From: Nitrosopumilus sp. | GTDB taxonomy: Archaea > Thermoproteota > Nitrososphaeria > Nitrososphaerales > Nitrosopumilaceae | DNA length: 64,000 nucleotides | Reading direction: 5' to 3' | NCBI GenBank assembly: GCA_965205215.1 | Contig: OZ242041.1 | Location: forward strand, 1,792,001 to 1,856,000 | Part shown: piece by piece, positions 1-10,360 of the stretch | How the letters are laid out: each line of letters opens with the position of its first letter | Position numbering within the stretch: the stretch's first letter is position 1 | Made by a program: the position numbers and the translations under genes | The notes under the pieces: model-generated | Databases searched by the model: none | The model's input: only the letters and a program-made list of their open reading frames with translations | What the model was told of the DNA's origin: nothing

Positions 1-269
1 GGGTACCAGAATGGGGTTCTTCTTGGTGGCTAATCCAGGCACCTCCGTCCAGCACAACGAACAATAACATTAACTGTAGGAATAGCACACACAGACAAGC
101 AGTCATGCGTCAAGTAACGACTAATATATACGTAGACAGCCCCGGGCAGCCCGTCACAGGGCTCATGCGCGCACGATTGCAGGAACGAGTTGATTTAGTA
201 TTTTTTGCTCTTTTGTCAAGAATATTTTTCACAAGAATTAATTAGCACGGCTGGATGAGCGTAAAGTAT

Positions 270-1145
270 ATGAAAACCCAGCTATCGGTGCTTGCTCTCT
301 CTGCAATTATGATTGCCAGTCTGAGTACCGCACCAATATACGGACAACAGATGATGGGCGACATTAGCCAGCCAATCGCCGTTTCGGTCGACAAGCCCAC
401 GTACAACGAGGGCGACACGATAATGATAAGCGGTGCAGTGGCAAGGTCCGGCGACGGGGATGTCACCATACAGATAGTAGGGCCAGACGACTCTCAGAAC
501 GTCGTAGGGGTCGCGCAGTCCACGGTTAACAGGGACGGCACCTTTGAGGCGGAGATAAAGGCTGGAGGCACTATGAACAGGGACGGCACGTATACGGTAA
601 ACGCCCAATACGGGTCCATAATGACGGTAGAGGCCACCACAACGTTCGAGTTCATTGCAGCAGAAAGAGAGGATCCAATGGATCCCGCAGAACGACCCGG
701 TGTGGCGGCCAACATTGGTGACGACACCATAACCATGGAGGGCACCGACGACACCATCTCCTACGAGATAACGGGTGGAAAGATCCTCAGCGTGGTACCC
801 GACGTAGAGTCAAACTCGTTGGTCATAACCATAGAGTCCACCGACGACGGGGTTCTGACCATGACCATTCCAAGGACCATACTAGAGTCCATGGAGGGCG
901 ACGAGGACAGCGACCTGTTCATCCTGATCGACGGCGAGGAGCGCGAGTTCGACGTGGATACGACGGAGACGAGCAGGACCGTGACCATAGAGTTCGAGTA
1001 CGGAGCTGAGATTATAGAGATAATCGGCACTTGGGTTGTTCCAGAGTTCGGCGTCATTGCAGTGATGATACTGGCAGTCGCAATAGTCGCGACAATAGTC
1101 GTATCATCAAGGTCCAGACTTAGCATAATGGCCCCCAAGCTGTAG
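270..1145 (+). CDS. PEFG-CTERM sorting domain surface protein
   Basis: Signal peptide; acidic beta-rich body; C-terminal VVPEFG + hydrophobic helix + SRSR. ORF is open from 255; ATG 270 chosen because it lies about 26 nt after TTAATTA. Confidence 0.9.
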   Translation: MKTQLSVLALSAIMIASLSTAPIYGQQMMGDISQPIAVSVDKPTYNEGDTIMISGAVARSGDGDVTIQIVGPDDSQNVVGVAQSTVNRDGTFEAEIKAGGTMNRDGTYTVNAQYGSIMTVEATTTFEFIAAEREDPMDPAERPGVAANIGDDTITMEGTDDTISYEITGGKILSVVPDVESNSLVITIESTDDGVLTMTIPRTILESMEGDEDSDLFILIDGEEREFDVDTTETSRTVTIEFEYGAEIIEIIGTWVVPEFGVIAVMILAVAIVATIVVSSRSRLSIMAPKL

Positions 1146-1155
1146 TAGTCATATT

Positions 1156-1183
1156 CTTTTTTTCTTTTTTGTTTGTTATTTTT
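1156..1183 (+). terminator. Oligo-T archaeal terminator
   Basis: Long T-rich tract immediately after the stop at 1145. Confidence 0.6.
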
Positions 1184-1243
1184 CTGTGCAGCAGGCTGCG
1201 AGCGGCCGCCGCTCACCGCGCCGCAAGACGGACTGCGCAGGAT

Positions 1244-2136
1244 GATCACCTTGATCACCACATGCCATGATCAGGTGGCAATCGCGGACAGCCGCGCGAG
1301 ATCTCGCAGTATTCGCACACAAACCACAACAGGGCGAGCCGCGGTGCGCCAATCATGGATTAGGAATTCTCCCCGGCCGGGGGGCGCCTCGATTCAGTTC
1401 GGTGTTGAATGCCCACCGAGTGTCAAGTTGTAGGGCTTGGCGGCCGTCACATGCACCGCCGCCACCGACGCCAAACAAGTCTTGCGCCACCATGTACCGG
1501 CCCAGCATCCGGAGCCCAGCACGTTATCTCGGTTCCAATTCCGATCCCAATCCAACCAGCGCGACATATGCACAGATGGGCTTGACTCACGGGGCCGTAC
1601 GGTGGCGGCGCGATCGACAAAGCGGCCGTCGCCCTCACAAGGCCAGCCGGCGCCGCGGCATCTACCTTTGCAGGCCTCGGACCGAGCAAAAGGTGGCCGC
1701 GTGGCTCAGAGTTGACGGCAGCGCAGGCGGCAAGAGGATCAGGGATCGGGGGACTGGGACTTGCCTGTCATACCGGCATGCCAGGTAGTGAGAATGCCGG
1801 TGCGAGTCCACAGCTCATCGGCCAGGGCGCGCCTGCAACAGGTTCCGCGTGCCTGGGGGAATGCACGTGCGATCGGGTGAAGTATTCCCAGCAGTAGCAG
1901 TAGCAGTAGTGACGGTGGCCGTCACGGTCCGCGCATACGGCAGGAGAGGAAGCTCGTATGGGAGGAAAGGCGGCCATGCAGCGTAGACGATCGTATCCGA
2001 TCGGCGCTGGCGCGGGCCCTGATCGCGCGGGCGGCGGCACCAATGCCACAGATCCGGGCGATCTCGGGGCATTGAGACAGATCGCACCCAAGGTAGCGAT
2101 CCGATACGGGCGTGGCGCCCGACGATCAGCAGGATC
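1244..2136. other. GATC-dense intergenic region
   Basis: 18 GATC sites counted by eye, 9 of them in 1989-2136; no credible ORF. Confidence 0.7.
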
Positions 2137-2171
2137 ATAATGCAGGCAGGAGTGTCACGTGGCGCCACTGA

Positions 2172-2190
2172 AATTTTTAAATACATAAAT
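2172..2190 (+). promoter_or_regulatory. TATA-box promoter of second PEFG gene
   Basis: TTTTTAAATACATAAAT AT-rich island about 30 nt before ATG 2214. Confidence 0.6.
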
Positions 2191-2213
2191 AACAATGCAA
2201 GATTGAATATTCA

Positions 2214-3095
2214 ATGAACGCAGGCTCACTAACGTCTATAACAGTAGCGTTACTTGCAGTATCACTTTTGGCAACGATGCCGGCCCAGCAACAGGCCGCC
2301 CTTGCACAGAGCGACGGGCAAGGAATCGAGATGACGGTGATGGCCGACGAAGGATCGGACACCATCATGGTCATGGGCACCATAGTAAAATCCATGCCGA
2401 CTGACATTACATTTACCGTAACGTCGCCTAACGGCCTCAACGTGGTCAGCGTGGATCAGGTCACTCCAGACGGCAACGGCGTGTTTGAGACGTCGTTTGT
2501 CATCGATCCGGACAGCCAGCTGTGGAAGGCCGACGGACTGTACACGGTTACGGCGTCAGGCGGTATCAGCGCAGAGACCTCCCAGTACAGGGTGTCCCTG
2601 CCAGTAATGATCGTCGGCGGGGCAGCCCAGTCCACCGCCATGACAGACGGGAACCTTGAAAAGCTCATGGTGTATGACACGACCGCCAGCATCCGCGAGC
2701 CGACCGGAATTACCATAGAGGCCACCGGAGAGATAGGCTCAAACACCATCATGGTGACTGGAATGACGGACAAGCTCAACGAGGACATAACCCTGACCGT
2801 AACTGCTCCAAACGGCAACGTCGTGACGGTAGAGCAGGCCACGGCCAACTTGGACGGCATGTATGATGCAATCATCATCACGGGCGGCAACCTCTGGAAG
2901 AGCGACGGCATGTACACGGTAACTGCACAGCAGAACAATGATCCATTGTACACGGCGTCTGCCGAGGTGGACATTGCAGACGGCGTAGTAGTGCCAGAGT
3001 TTGGCGCCATCGCCGCCATGATACTTGCAGTGGCCATAGTATCCGTAATTGTCGTGTCGGCGAGATCAAGACTCAGCATCATCGCCGGACAGTAA
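2214..3095 (+). CDS. PEFG-CTERM surface protein with two internal repeats
   Basis: Signal peptide; duplicated domain (DITFTVTSPNG..LWKADGLYTVTA / DITLTVTAPNG..LWKSDGMYTVTA); VVPEFG-TM-SARSR tail. Confidence 0.9.
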   Translation: MNAGSLTSITVALLAVSLLATMPAQQQAALAQSDGQGIEMTVMADEGSDTIMVMGTIVKSMPTDITFTVTSPNGLNVVSVDQVTPDGNGVFETSFVIDPDSQLWKADGLYTVTASGGISAETSQYRVSLPVMIVGGAAQSTAMTDGNLEKLMVYDTTASIREPTGITIEATGEIGSNTIMVTGMTDKLNEDITLTVTAPNGNVVTVEQATANLDGMYDAIIITGGNLWKSDGMYTVTAQQNNDPLYTASAEVDIADGVVVPEFGAIAAMILAVAIVSVIVVSARSRLSIIAGQ

Positions 3096-3153
3096 AAGGA
3101 CGATTTTTTACTTTTTAAATATATAAATAGTGAGAGGTGCAGATCCCATCAAG

Positions 3154-4074
3154 ATGAATATCAGTGCATCTTTAGCGCTACTGGTCGCTTTGGCAGTAGT
3201 CAGTACGATAACCATATCATCAGCGCATGCCCAAGAGTTCGAGAACCAGGGCCTTCCAGAAGCATGCGTGGGTTGCAGTGCTGAAGATTCCATTGCAGTT
3301 GCAGAAGAGCACCTGCTAAGGTCCGTCCCCATATCAGTATGGACAGACAAGGAAGTGTACGGCCACGACGAGATAGTAACGCTTAGTGGATACGTATCCA
3401 ATCCCAGCGCGGCAGGCACCGGGAGCATGCCCCAGGTCACCGTCATGGTAAGGAATGCAATCGGAAGCGTGGTTACTATCGATCAGATCGATGTCAAGGA
3501 TGACAACACGTTCGAAGTAGCCCTCAACACTGCAAGCAAGCTGTGGGCGTCAGACGGCGTCTACACCATAAAGGTTCAGCAGGGCCACAACTCAAACAGG
3601 ATCCACATCGAGCTCGTAGGCGGTACCGGCAATCCCGTACTGTCCATGGACGATATGATGGCAGGGGACGGAGAGTGCGCGGCAAATGAGCTGACAGTCA
3701 TGGACGCGTGCCTCCCATACTCCATTGAGGGCGGAATGGTAACCGACATAAGCGCCAACACCGAGGACAACTCGCTTGTCATTATGATCGAGTCGTCCGG
3801 CGACGGAACGCTCGTGCTCATGCCCTCCAGCGAGGTCATCGACGGAGTCTTCATGGTTCTAGTGGACAACGAGGAGTCCGACGACTACATGATCGGCGCA
3901 GACGGTACGATCACAGTAGAATTCGGTCCCGAGACAGAGGTGATAGAGGTGATCGGCACGCATGTCATACCAGAGTTCGGCACCATCGCGGCCATGATAC
4001 TGGCAGTCGCCATTGTCTCAGTGATAGTAGTGTCTGCAAGATCAAGGCTAAGCATAATTGCGCCGAGGCTCTAA
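3154..4074 (+). CDS. PEFG-CTERM surface protein
   Basis: Signal peptide from ATG 3154 (TATA at about 3113-3129); CVGC near the N-terminus; VIPEFG-TM-SARSR tail. Confidence 0.9.
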   Translation: MNISASLALLVALAVVSTITISSAHAQEFENQGLPEACVGCSAEDSIAVAEEHLLRSVPISVWTDKEVYGHDEIVTLSGYVSNPSAAGTGSMPQVTVMVRNAIGSVVTIDQIDVKDDNTFEVALNTASKLWASDGVYTIKVQQGHNSNRIHIELVGGTGNPVLSMDDMMAGDGECAANELTVMDACLPYSIEGGMVTDISANTEDNSLVIMIESSGDGTLVLMPSSEVIDGVFMVLVDNEESDDYMIGADGTITVEFGPETEVIEVIGTHVIPEFGTIAAMILAVAIVSVIVVSARSRLSIIAPRL

Positions 4075-4200
4075 AAAGACGGCATTTTTTCATTTTTTAT
4101 TATTGGTGGCGCGTGCTGGCCAAAGGCACGTGTGAGCAGGCCGACCTCCGCGCAGAACGGCATTACTTCTTTTAAATAGTAATGAGTATATACGAACTTA

Positions 4201-5163
4201 GTGAGCGGGATGACTCTGCGGTGGGATGCACGGCGTTTTTTTATGGTGGCTCTGGTGGCGGCAGCCACGGTTGGCGCCGCGGCTCCGGCAGTCTGGACGG
4301 TCTCAGACGCGGCCGCGCAAGAGGAGGGAGATGAAAGCGGGACGCGCCAGATAGCCCCGCAGAACCAGATCGTAACAGTGACCACTGACAGGGCCGAATA
4401 CAGGAACGGGGATGCCATCATAATATCAGGCAAGATTGCAACCAATGTCATAGACACGCCGATAATACTGCAGGTATTCACGGACGTCAACCCCGTCTAC
4501 ATAAACCAGATTACACCGGCAGGTGACAACTCGTACTGGGATATAGTAAAGACCGAGGGCGCAAAATGGGCAAAGCCCGGAGAGTACGAGGTGAGTGTCA
4601 GATATGGCCCTGACGGCAAGGCCACTACAGAGTTCACCATCGTGCCGGGGATCGGCGCGCCAGGCGGCAGCTCAGAGGTGATAACGGGGAGCACAGAGGT
4701 GGACGCGGGAAGCGAGACGTTTGATGTAAAGTACGTCATAACCGGCGGCACGGTGGAGGACATGACGCTCGACTGGAGAGACTTTACGCTCCTAGTAGAC
4801 ATCAGCGTGACCAGCAGCAGTGGCGGCTCTATTACCATGGAACTGCCGCGCAAGTACATAGGGGCCGAGAGGACAGACGGATCCAGCACCACGGACGAGA
4901 TCTTTATAGTTCTGATCGACGACGTGGAGACCGCATACGACGAGTCACCTTCCGGACAGACTGCAAGGGAGATTACAATCGACTTTCTTGAGGGCGATTC
5001 AGAGATCGCCATAATAGGGACGTATGCGGTGCCAGAGTTCGAACACATGATAGCCGTAATGGCCGCAGTTGCAGGAGTAATGCTGGCATCAGTCATGCTG
5101 CTTAGAGGCAAGCGGTATGGCATTCTGACCGCCCGCTATGGCGGATCCGCAGCGTCCCAGTAG
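4201..5163 (+). CDS. PEF(G)-CTERM surface protein (PEFE variant)
   Basis: GTG start after TTTTAAATA; same domain pair as the first gene; AVPEFE-TM-RGKR tail. Confidence 0.88.
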   Translation: MSGMTLRWDARRFFMVALVAAATVGAAAPAVWTVSDAAAQEEGDESGTRQIAPQNQIVTVTTDRAEYRNGDAIIISGKIATNVIDTPIILQVFTDVNPVYINQITPAGDNSYWDIVKTEGAKWAKPGEYEVSVRYGPDGKATTEFTIVPGIGAPGGSSEVITGSTEVDAGSETFDVKYVITGGTVEDMTLDWRDFTLLVDISVTSSSGGSITMELPRKYIGAERTDGSSTTDEIFIVLIDDVETAYDESPSGQTAREITIDFLEGDSEIAIIGTYAVPEFEHMIAVMAAVAGVMLASVMLLRGKRYGILTARYGGSAASQ

Positions 5164-5262
5164 GCTCCGACGCCGTGCGCGCGCAAGACGCAGGGCGTGC
5201 GGCGCGGGTCACGTGGTTTTTGTTTTTGTTTTTACTTGTTTTTGCAGCGATGTGACGGGCCG

Positions 5263-6603
5263 CTACGCGTCGAACCCGTACTTTGACTTGAAGGGGGAGA
5301 CGGCCCGCAGTTCTGCCACCGCCCTCTTGAGGATGTCTACGGCACGATCCACCTCGTCACCGGTGTTGAGCGTATCAGGAGTAAGCCTCAGAGAGCCGGT
5401 TATCTGCTCATGCGTGAACCCCATTGCCTGCAGTACGTGGGACGCCTTTTGTGTGTGTACAGAACAGGCCGATCCTGTGGAGGCGGCAACGCCATACTCG
5501 TCGAGTTTTACCAGCAGATCCTCGCCGTTGACGCCAAGAAACGTAAAGTGCGAGTTTCCCGGAAGGCGGGCGGCCGGATCGCCGTTCAGCGCGGACTGGG
5601 GTATCTCCTCAAGTATCCGGCGTATGAGAAGATCACGCAGTGCACGCGTGTGGCTCATGTGGATGTCAATGTCGTCACGCGCGATGCGGGCGGCCGCCCC
5701 AAACCCCACAATTCCGGCCACGTTCTCCGTTCCCGAGCGCATTCCATCCTCCTGTCCTCCGCCCAGCGCGTGCGGCGCCAGACTCGTCCCGGCGCGTACG
5801 TAGAGGGCCCCGACACCCTTAGGTCCGTGTATCTTGTGCGACGATACTGACATCATGTCAACCCCGAGTGATTTGACGTCGACTGGAATCTTTCCGGCAG
5901 CCTGGACCGCGTCGGTATGGAACAGCGCCCCCGCGGCGCGGCACATGCGTGCAATCTCCCGGACCGGCTGGATTGTCCCCACCTCGTTGTTGGCATGCAT
6001 CACGGAGACAAGCGTCAGCTGCCCGGATGCAGGATCGGGCGCGGCAGGCGGTTTGAGCCGCGGATCCCGTAGCGTAGCGCCGGCGCTGCCGCCATGGCCG
6101 TTGGTACTGCCGCCTCCATGGCCGTCGCCGTTATTGGCACTTCCATCACAGTCGTCATCACAATCGCGGGTCTCATCCACGCCAAGTAGTTTGGCAAGTC
6201 TTCTGGTGTCAACCGTTCCACGCCGGTCGACGGGCAGATACTCGACTGAGGCGGTTCCCCGCCGTGCCAGATCCATGCACGGTTCCAGTACCGCATCGTG
6301 CTCTATGGACGAGGTGATTATACGACACGCGCGCCGCGCCTCAGACGCGGCCAGCGCAGCTCCGCAGAGGGCCATGTTGTTGGATTCCGTCCCGCCGGAC
6401 GTGAATACGATCTCCCGGGGCATGGCGTTTATCAGACGTGCCACCTGTTTGCGCGCCGCTTCGACCGCCTTTCTGGCCATCCGTCCACCACGATGAATCG
6501 AGGACGGGTTTCCGTACTGGTCCTCCAGATACGGGCGCATGGCGTCAACCACATCCGGATACATGCGGGTGGACGCCGCATTGTCAAGATATATGAAGTT
6601 CAA
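5263..6603 (-). CDS. iscS: Cysteine desulfurase, IscS/NifS class
   Basis: IYLDNAAST, GNPSSIH, FTSGGTESNN, ANNEVG, HTDAVQ, SSHKIHGPKG and STGSACS motifs; contains a low-complexity insert of about 50 aa. Confidence 0.93.
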   Translation of the reverse strand: MNFIYLDNAASTRMYPDVVDAMRPYLEDQYGNPSSIHRGGRMARKAVEAARKQVARLINAMPREIVFTSGGTESNNMALCGAALAASEARRACRIITSSIEHDAVLEPCMDLARRGTASVEYLPVDRRGTVDTRRLAKLLGVDETRDCDDDCDGSANNGDGHGGGSTNGHGGSAGATLRDPRLKPPAAPDPASGQLTLVSVMHANNEVGTIQPVREIARMCRAAGALFHTDAVQAAGKIPVDVKSLGVDMMSVSSHKIHGPKGVGALYVRAGTSLAPHALGGGQEDGMRSGTENVAGIVGFGAAARIARDDIDIHMSHTRALRDLLIRRILEEIPQSALNGDPAARLPGNSHFTFLGVNGEDLLVKLDEYGVAASTGSACSVHTQKASHVLQAMGFTHEQITGSLRLTPDTLNTGDEVDRAVDILKRAVAELRAVSPFKSKYGFDA

Positions 6604-7547
6604 TGCGTCACCACGCCGTTGATTTTGCCGGGCCTGTATCCTTCGGGGTCAAGGGCGGCCCCGTCAAACCCGATCAGGACAAGGCGCTCCGTGATTGCCT
6701 GCATCAGCCGGCGCCCCCGAAGTCCCCGCGCGGGACCGGCGGCATCCGCGGCGCGGCCATCGGCAACGCCGCGGCGCGTATCTAGACGGCTGCCGCCGTC
6801 GGGGTTGCCTTGGTGCGTAGCGCCGCAGTTGCCGTCACGGACGTGATCGTCGCCGTCATCAAACACATAGAGCGCCTCAGGCTCCACCTCTATCCTCGCG
6901 GAGCCTCCCACGTCTCTCACTCTCACCTGCCGCGCTCCGGACATCTGGCGCACTATCCGCTCCCCGAGTTCGACGCGCGCAAGGCGCTCGGCAGTAATGC
7001 GCTCGCCCCAAGGTATTCTAGATGCAAGGCAGGAGTTTGACGGCCTGTCATGTACGGAGAGTCCCACATCCCTGGCGACTGCCCTCACGTCATCCTTGGT
7101 AAAGCCGGTCTCCACCAGCGGGCTCTGGACTAGGTTTTTTCTCATCGCCTCTATGCCGGGCCTATAATCGCCAAGATCATCAAGGTTCGTGCCGTCCACC
7201 ACGTCCCAGTGCCCCTCCATCTCCTCGGCAAGTTTCGCGATGCGCCCCCCAAGCTCCGACCTGCAGTAGTAGCACCTGAGGCTATCGTTCTTTACAAAGT
7301 CAGGGTTCTCAAGCTCGTCATATTGGAGCATCACGTGCCGGATCCCGATCTCGGAGCATACGGACTTTGCGGCACCAAGTTCCTCCTGTGACAGGGTACG
7401 GTAGTCCGCCGTGACTGCGACGGCCGAGTCCCCGAGACGGGAGAACGCCGCGTATGCCACGAGGGCGCTGTCCACCCCGCCGGAGAGCGCCACGAGGGCC
7501 CCCCGCCTGCCCTCAAACCACCGGGTGAGATCACAGAGTCGCTTCAC
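6600..7547 (-). CDS. larE: Nickel-pincer cofactor sulfur transferase LarE
   Basis: PP-loop ALSGGVDS, RCYYC, DGTNLDDLGDYRPG, PSNSCLASRIP, QVRVR; next to larC. Confidence 0.9.
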   Translation of the reverse strand: MKRLCDLTRWFEGRRGALVALSGGVDSALVAYAAFSRLGDSAVAVTADYRTLSQEELGAAKSVCSEIGIRHVMLQYDELENPDFVKNDSLRCYYCRSELGGRIAKLAEEMEGHWDVVDGTNLDDLGDYRPGIEAMRKNLVQSPLVETGFTKDDVRAVARDVGLSVHDRPSNSCLASRIPWGERITAERLARVELGERIVRQMSGARQVRVRDVGGSARIEVEPEALYVFDDGDDHVRDGNCGATHQGNPDGGSRLDTRRGVADGRAADAAGPARGLRGRRLMQAITERLVLIGFDGAALDPEGYRPGKINGVVTH

Positions 7548-9007
7548 GCGGCACCGCCTCCTTCCCCCTTTGCTGCTCCTGCATTGGCGCGGCCGGCAGG
7601 GTTGCTGCCGGTGTCAGCAGCAGCATCATCATCTTCTTTGTCGTCGCCGTCGTCACCGCCGCGGCCATGGTCATCAAGCCGCCTCTCCGTTATACGGTGC
7701 CGCAGCAGCAGTTCGGCATCCCTGAACGGGACATGCAGCTCCTCGGAGACGGCCTGGATGTCATCATGCTCTATCTTGAATCCAGAGGTTTTGTCGTAGC
7801 GGCCGACAGTGTCCAGCGTGCCGGGCAAGCGCTCCTTGTACCTCACCTCGAACCGTTTTCCCGATAGGGTCACATCAATCTTCAGCTGCCGCCTCTGCGC
7901 CACGATTCTCTCCGAGGTCGATATCCGGACCCCCAGCGTGCCGGTCTCGGCCATCAGCAGCCCGGCGAGGCGTCCTGACGCCTCTTCAGGGCACATGACA
8001 GATATCAGGCTGGTCGGCCTGTTCTTTTTTGTCAGTCCAGGAAACAAGGATACGTCCTTTGCCCCGGCCGCCATGAGCCTGCCCACCACGCTTCCAAGAA
8101 CCTCGCCGGACACGTCATCGACGTTGGTCTCCAGCATGCATATGCGCTCGGTCCTGAGGCCGCCGTGCCCCAAGGCCTGGCCAGCGGAGGCGGCGGCAGC
8201 TGCAGAAGTTGCAGCAGACGCACGAGGCTCAGATCCGCGCACGAGCTTCAGCACGTTTGAGATCCCCTCAACGTCGGCCTGCCCGGCCCCATACCCGACT
8301 GATTCCACCCGCATGCAAGGATAAGAGGAGACCGGCTCGGGGGATAGTGCGGCAAGCATGCAGGCCCCAGTCGGGGTCGTAAGTTCGCGGCCGGCCTGCG
8401 AGCCCAGTATCTGCAGCCCGGACTCTTCGAATATCTCAAGTATGGCACCCGCAGGGTTCGACACCGTCCCGTGTGAGAACGAGACCAGTCCGTTTCCCAC
8501 GCATGCAGGAAGGCATACCATGCGCTGCCCGAAAAGCCCCAGATCGTCAAGCGCGACCGCGGTTCCGATTATGTCAACCAAGGTATCGACGTCAGACGCC
8601 TCGTGGAGTATTGCCGAATCCGGCGTGACGCCGTGCACCCTTGACTCGGACGTCATCAGGATCTCCACGCATCTGGACGCGTACGAGCGGGCCTCATCAG
8701 ACAGCCCAAGGCCTGCAGACGAGATTCTCACGGCATCCAGCATCTCCGAGCCTGCTCGTGTGGGATGCCGAGGTGCGCCGTCGTCGCAATGCACGTCTCG
8801 GGCCTCCAAGGACAGCCCTGTCGCCGAGGTGCCGTTTTTGGTGGTTGTCCTAAACTCCATCGAGTCTATGGCGCAGCCGTCCAGATGTGCGGCAGATTTT
8901 CTGACACCGTCTATGACGGCGTCGCCGTTGGCGCCCATATCGACAAGGGCGCACAGGAACATGTCACCTGAGATGCCGGCCACCTGCGGATCTATCACCA
9001 GAACCAT
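7544..9007 (-). CDS. larC: Nickel insertase LarC
   Basis: AGISGDMFLCAL, LHEA..DTLVDI, ELTTPTGA, GYGAG, LETNVDD, KKNRP, ETGTLGVR. Start trimmed to MVLVIDPQ (TATA at about 9030). Confidence 0.92.
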   Translation of the reverse strand: MVLVIDPQVAGISGDMFLCALVDMGANGDAVIDGVRKSAAHLDGCAIDSMEFRTTTKNGTSATGLSLEARDVHCDDGAPRHPTRAGSEMLDAVRISSAGLGLSDEARSYASRCVEILMTSESRVHGVTPDSAILHEASDVDTLVDIIGTAVALDDLGLFGQRMVCLPACVGNGLVSFSHGTVSNPAGAILEIFEESGLQILGSQAGRELTTPTGACMLAALSPEPVSSYPCMRVESVGYGAGQADVEGISNVLKLVRGSEPRASAATSAAAAASAGQALGHGGLRTERICMLETNVDDVSGEVLGSVVGRLMAAGAKDVSLFPGLTKKNRPTSLISVMCPEEASGRLAGLLMAETGTLGVRISTSERIVAQRRQLKIDVTLSGKRFEVRYKERLPGTLDTVGRYDKTSGFKIEHDDIQAVSEELHVPFRDAELLLRHRITERRLDDHGRGGDDGDDKEDDDAAADTGSNPAGRANAGAAKGEGGGAA

Positions 9008-9290
9008 GAGTCTTGACACGAAAAAATGCTTATAAATTCGACTAAACGCCCGCACGGGCGCCGAATTCACGCACGGTAGGCATTCTGCAAAAGCCCCCAC
9101 CAGCAAGCAGCCAGTGACGGGCTGGGCTGCCCGGCCGCATTGGCATGGCAGCGCCTGGGCCGGCCGGCTCTGCGCGTGCACACGACAGGAATCCAGCCAT
9201 TCCAATCGCGAGCCTGCCGACGGCCTGCGCGTGCGGGCGGGCGGGCGGGCCACTGATCTAGGTTTAATTATCGACCCCTGTCCATCCCAC

Positions 9291-10208
9291 ATGTTGATTA
9301 CGATCATAGGCTCCGGCAAGGTGGGTGGAGACGCCGCGCTCTTCTCTGCGCTAAAGCAGCTGGACGATCAGATACTGCTGCTCGACGTGGTCGAGGGGCT
9401 GCCGCAGGGCGAGGCCATGGACATCAACCACGCGCTGGCTGAACTCGGCACGGACGTGGAGGTGAGAGGCTCCAACGACTATGCCGACATGAGGGGGTCA
9501 GACATCGTGGTCGTAGTGGCAGGCTCCGGCAGAAAGCCCGGCATGACCAGGATGGACCTGCTGAAGATCAACTCATCCATAGTAAAGAGTGTGATTGGCG
9601 AGGTGAAAAGGCACGCGCCCGACTCGATGCTGATACCAGTGACAAACCCGCTTGATCCCATGGCGTACGTCGCATACAAGGTCTCGGGATTCGACAGGAG
9701 CCGCGTATTTGGAATGGGCGGAATGCTCGACATGTCAAGATTCAAGCAGTTCATACACGAGGCGACGGGACACTCCCGAGACTCGATAAGGGCCCTTGTC
9801 ATAGGCGAGCACGGGGAGAACATGCTGCCGCTGACTAGGTTCTCATCCGTATCAGGCGTGCCGCTGCACGACATACTGCAAAGGGAGGAGCTTGGCAAGC
9901 TGATAACCGACACGAGGCAGGTGGCCGCAAGAGTGATAGAGCTGAAGGGGGCCACCGTACACGCGCCCGGAAATGCAGTGTCGTCCATAATAGAGTCCGT
10001 CGTCAGGAACAAAAAGCAGGTGCTGCCCGTCTCGACGCCGCTTGAAGGCGAGTACGGCTACTCGGGCATCACAATGGGCGTGCCGGCCGTGATCGGCCGC
10101 GACGGGGTGGAAAGGATAATAGAACTCGACCTCAACGACGAGGAGAGGGCGGCCCTTGCAAAGTCGGCAGAGTCGGTAAAGAGCGCGATAGCCTCAATCG
10201 GGGCATGA
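9291..10208 (+). CDS. mdh: Malate dehydrogenase (LDH-like)
   Basis: [35 protein letters not shown]. Confidence 0.93.
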   Translation: MLITIIGSGKVGGDAALFSALKQLDDQILLLDVVEGLPQGEAMDINHALAELGTDVEVRGSNDYADMRGSDIVVVVAGSGRKPGMTRMDLLKINSSIVKSVIGEVKRHAPDSMLIPVTNPLDPMAYVAYKVSGFDRSRVFGMGGMLDMSRFKQFIHEATGHSRDSIRALVIGEHGENMLPLTRFSSVSGVPLHDILQREELGKLITDTRQVAARVIELKGATVHAPGNAVSSIIESVVRNKKQVLPVSTPLEGEYGYSGITMGVPAVIGRDGVERIIELDLNDEERAALAKSAESVKSAIASIGA

Positions 10209-10360
10209 GCACGCCCGCCATTGTGACAAATTGGCACAAGCCCAAGCCCCTGGCCCGTGAAATCCGAAGGCGGAGGCCGGCAGACACGAATCTGCGGGGG
10301 CCCGGGCCCGTGCGGCGGGTATAGACTCAAGCTTTTTTTAGACGCACGCCGCGTTGTTTC

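Noticed and set aside
1-106. Possible minus-strand gene running off the left edge
   Set aside because: A TATA-like element lies at about 122-131, but there is too little sequence to fix the frame or product.
1173-2195. ORFs in the gap between PEFG genes 1 and 2
   Set aside because: Arg/Pro/Ala-rich translations with no motif, typical of GC-rich non-coding DNA.
1041-4074. Recent gene conversion or cassette switching among PEFG tails
   Set aside because: The tails are similar as protein but differ at many synonymous positions, and no recombinase is nearby.
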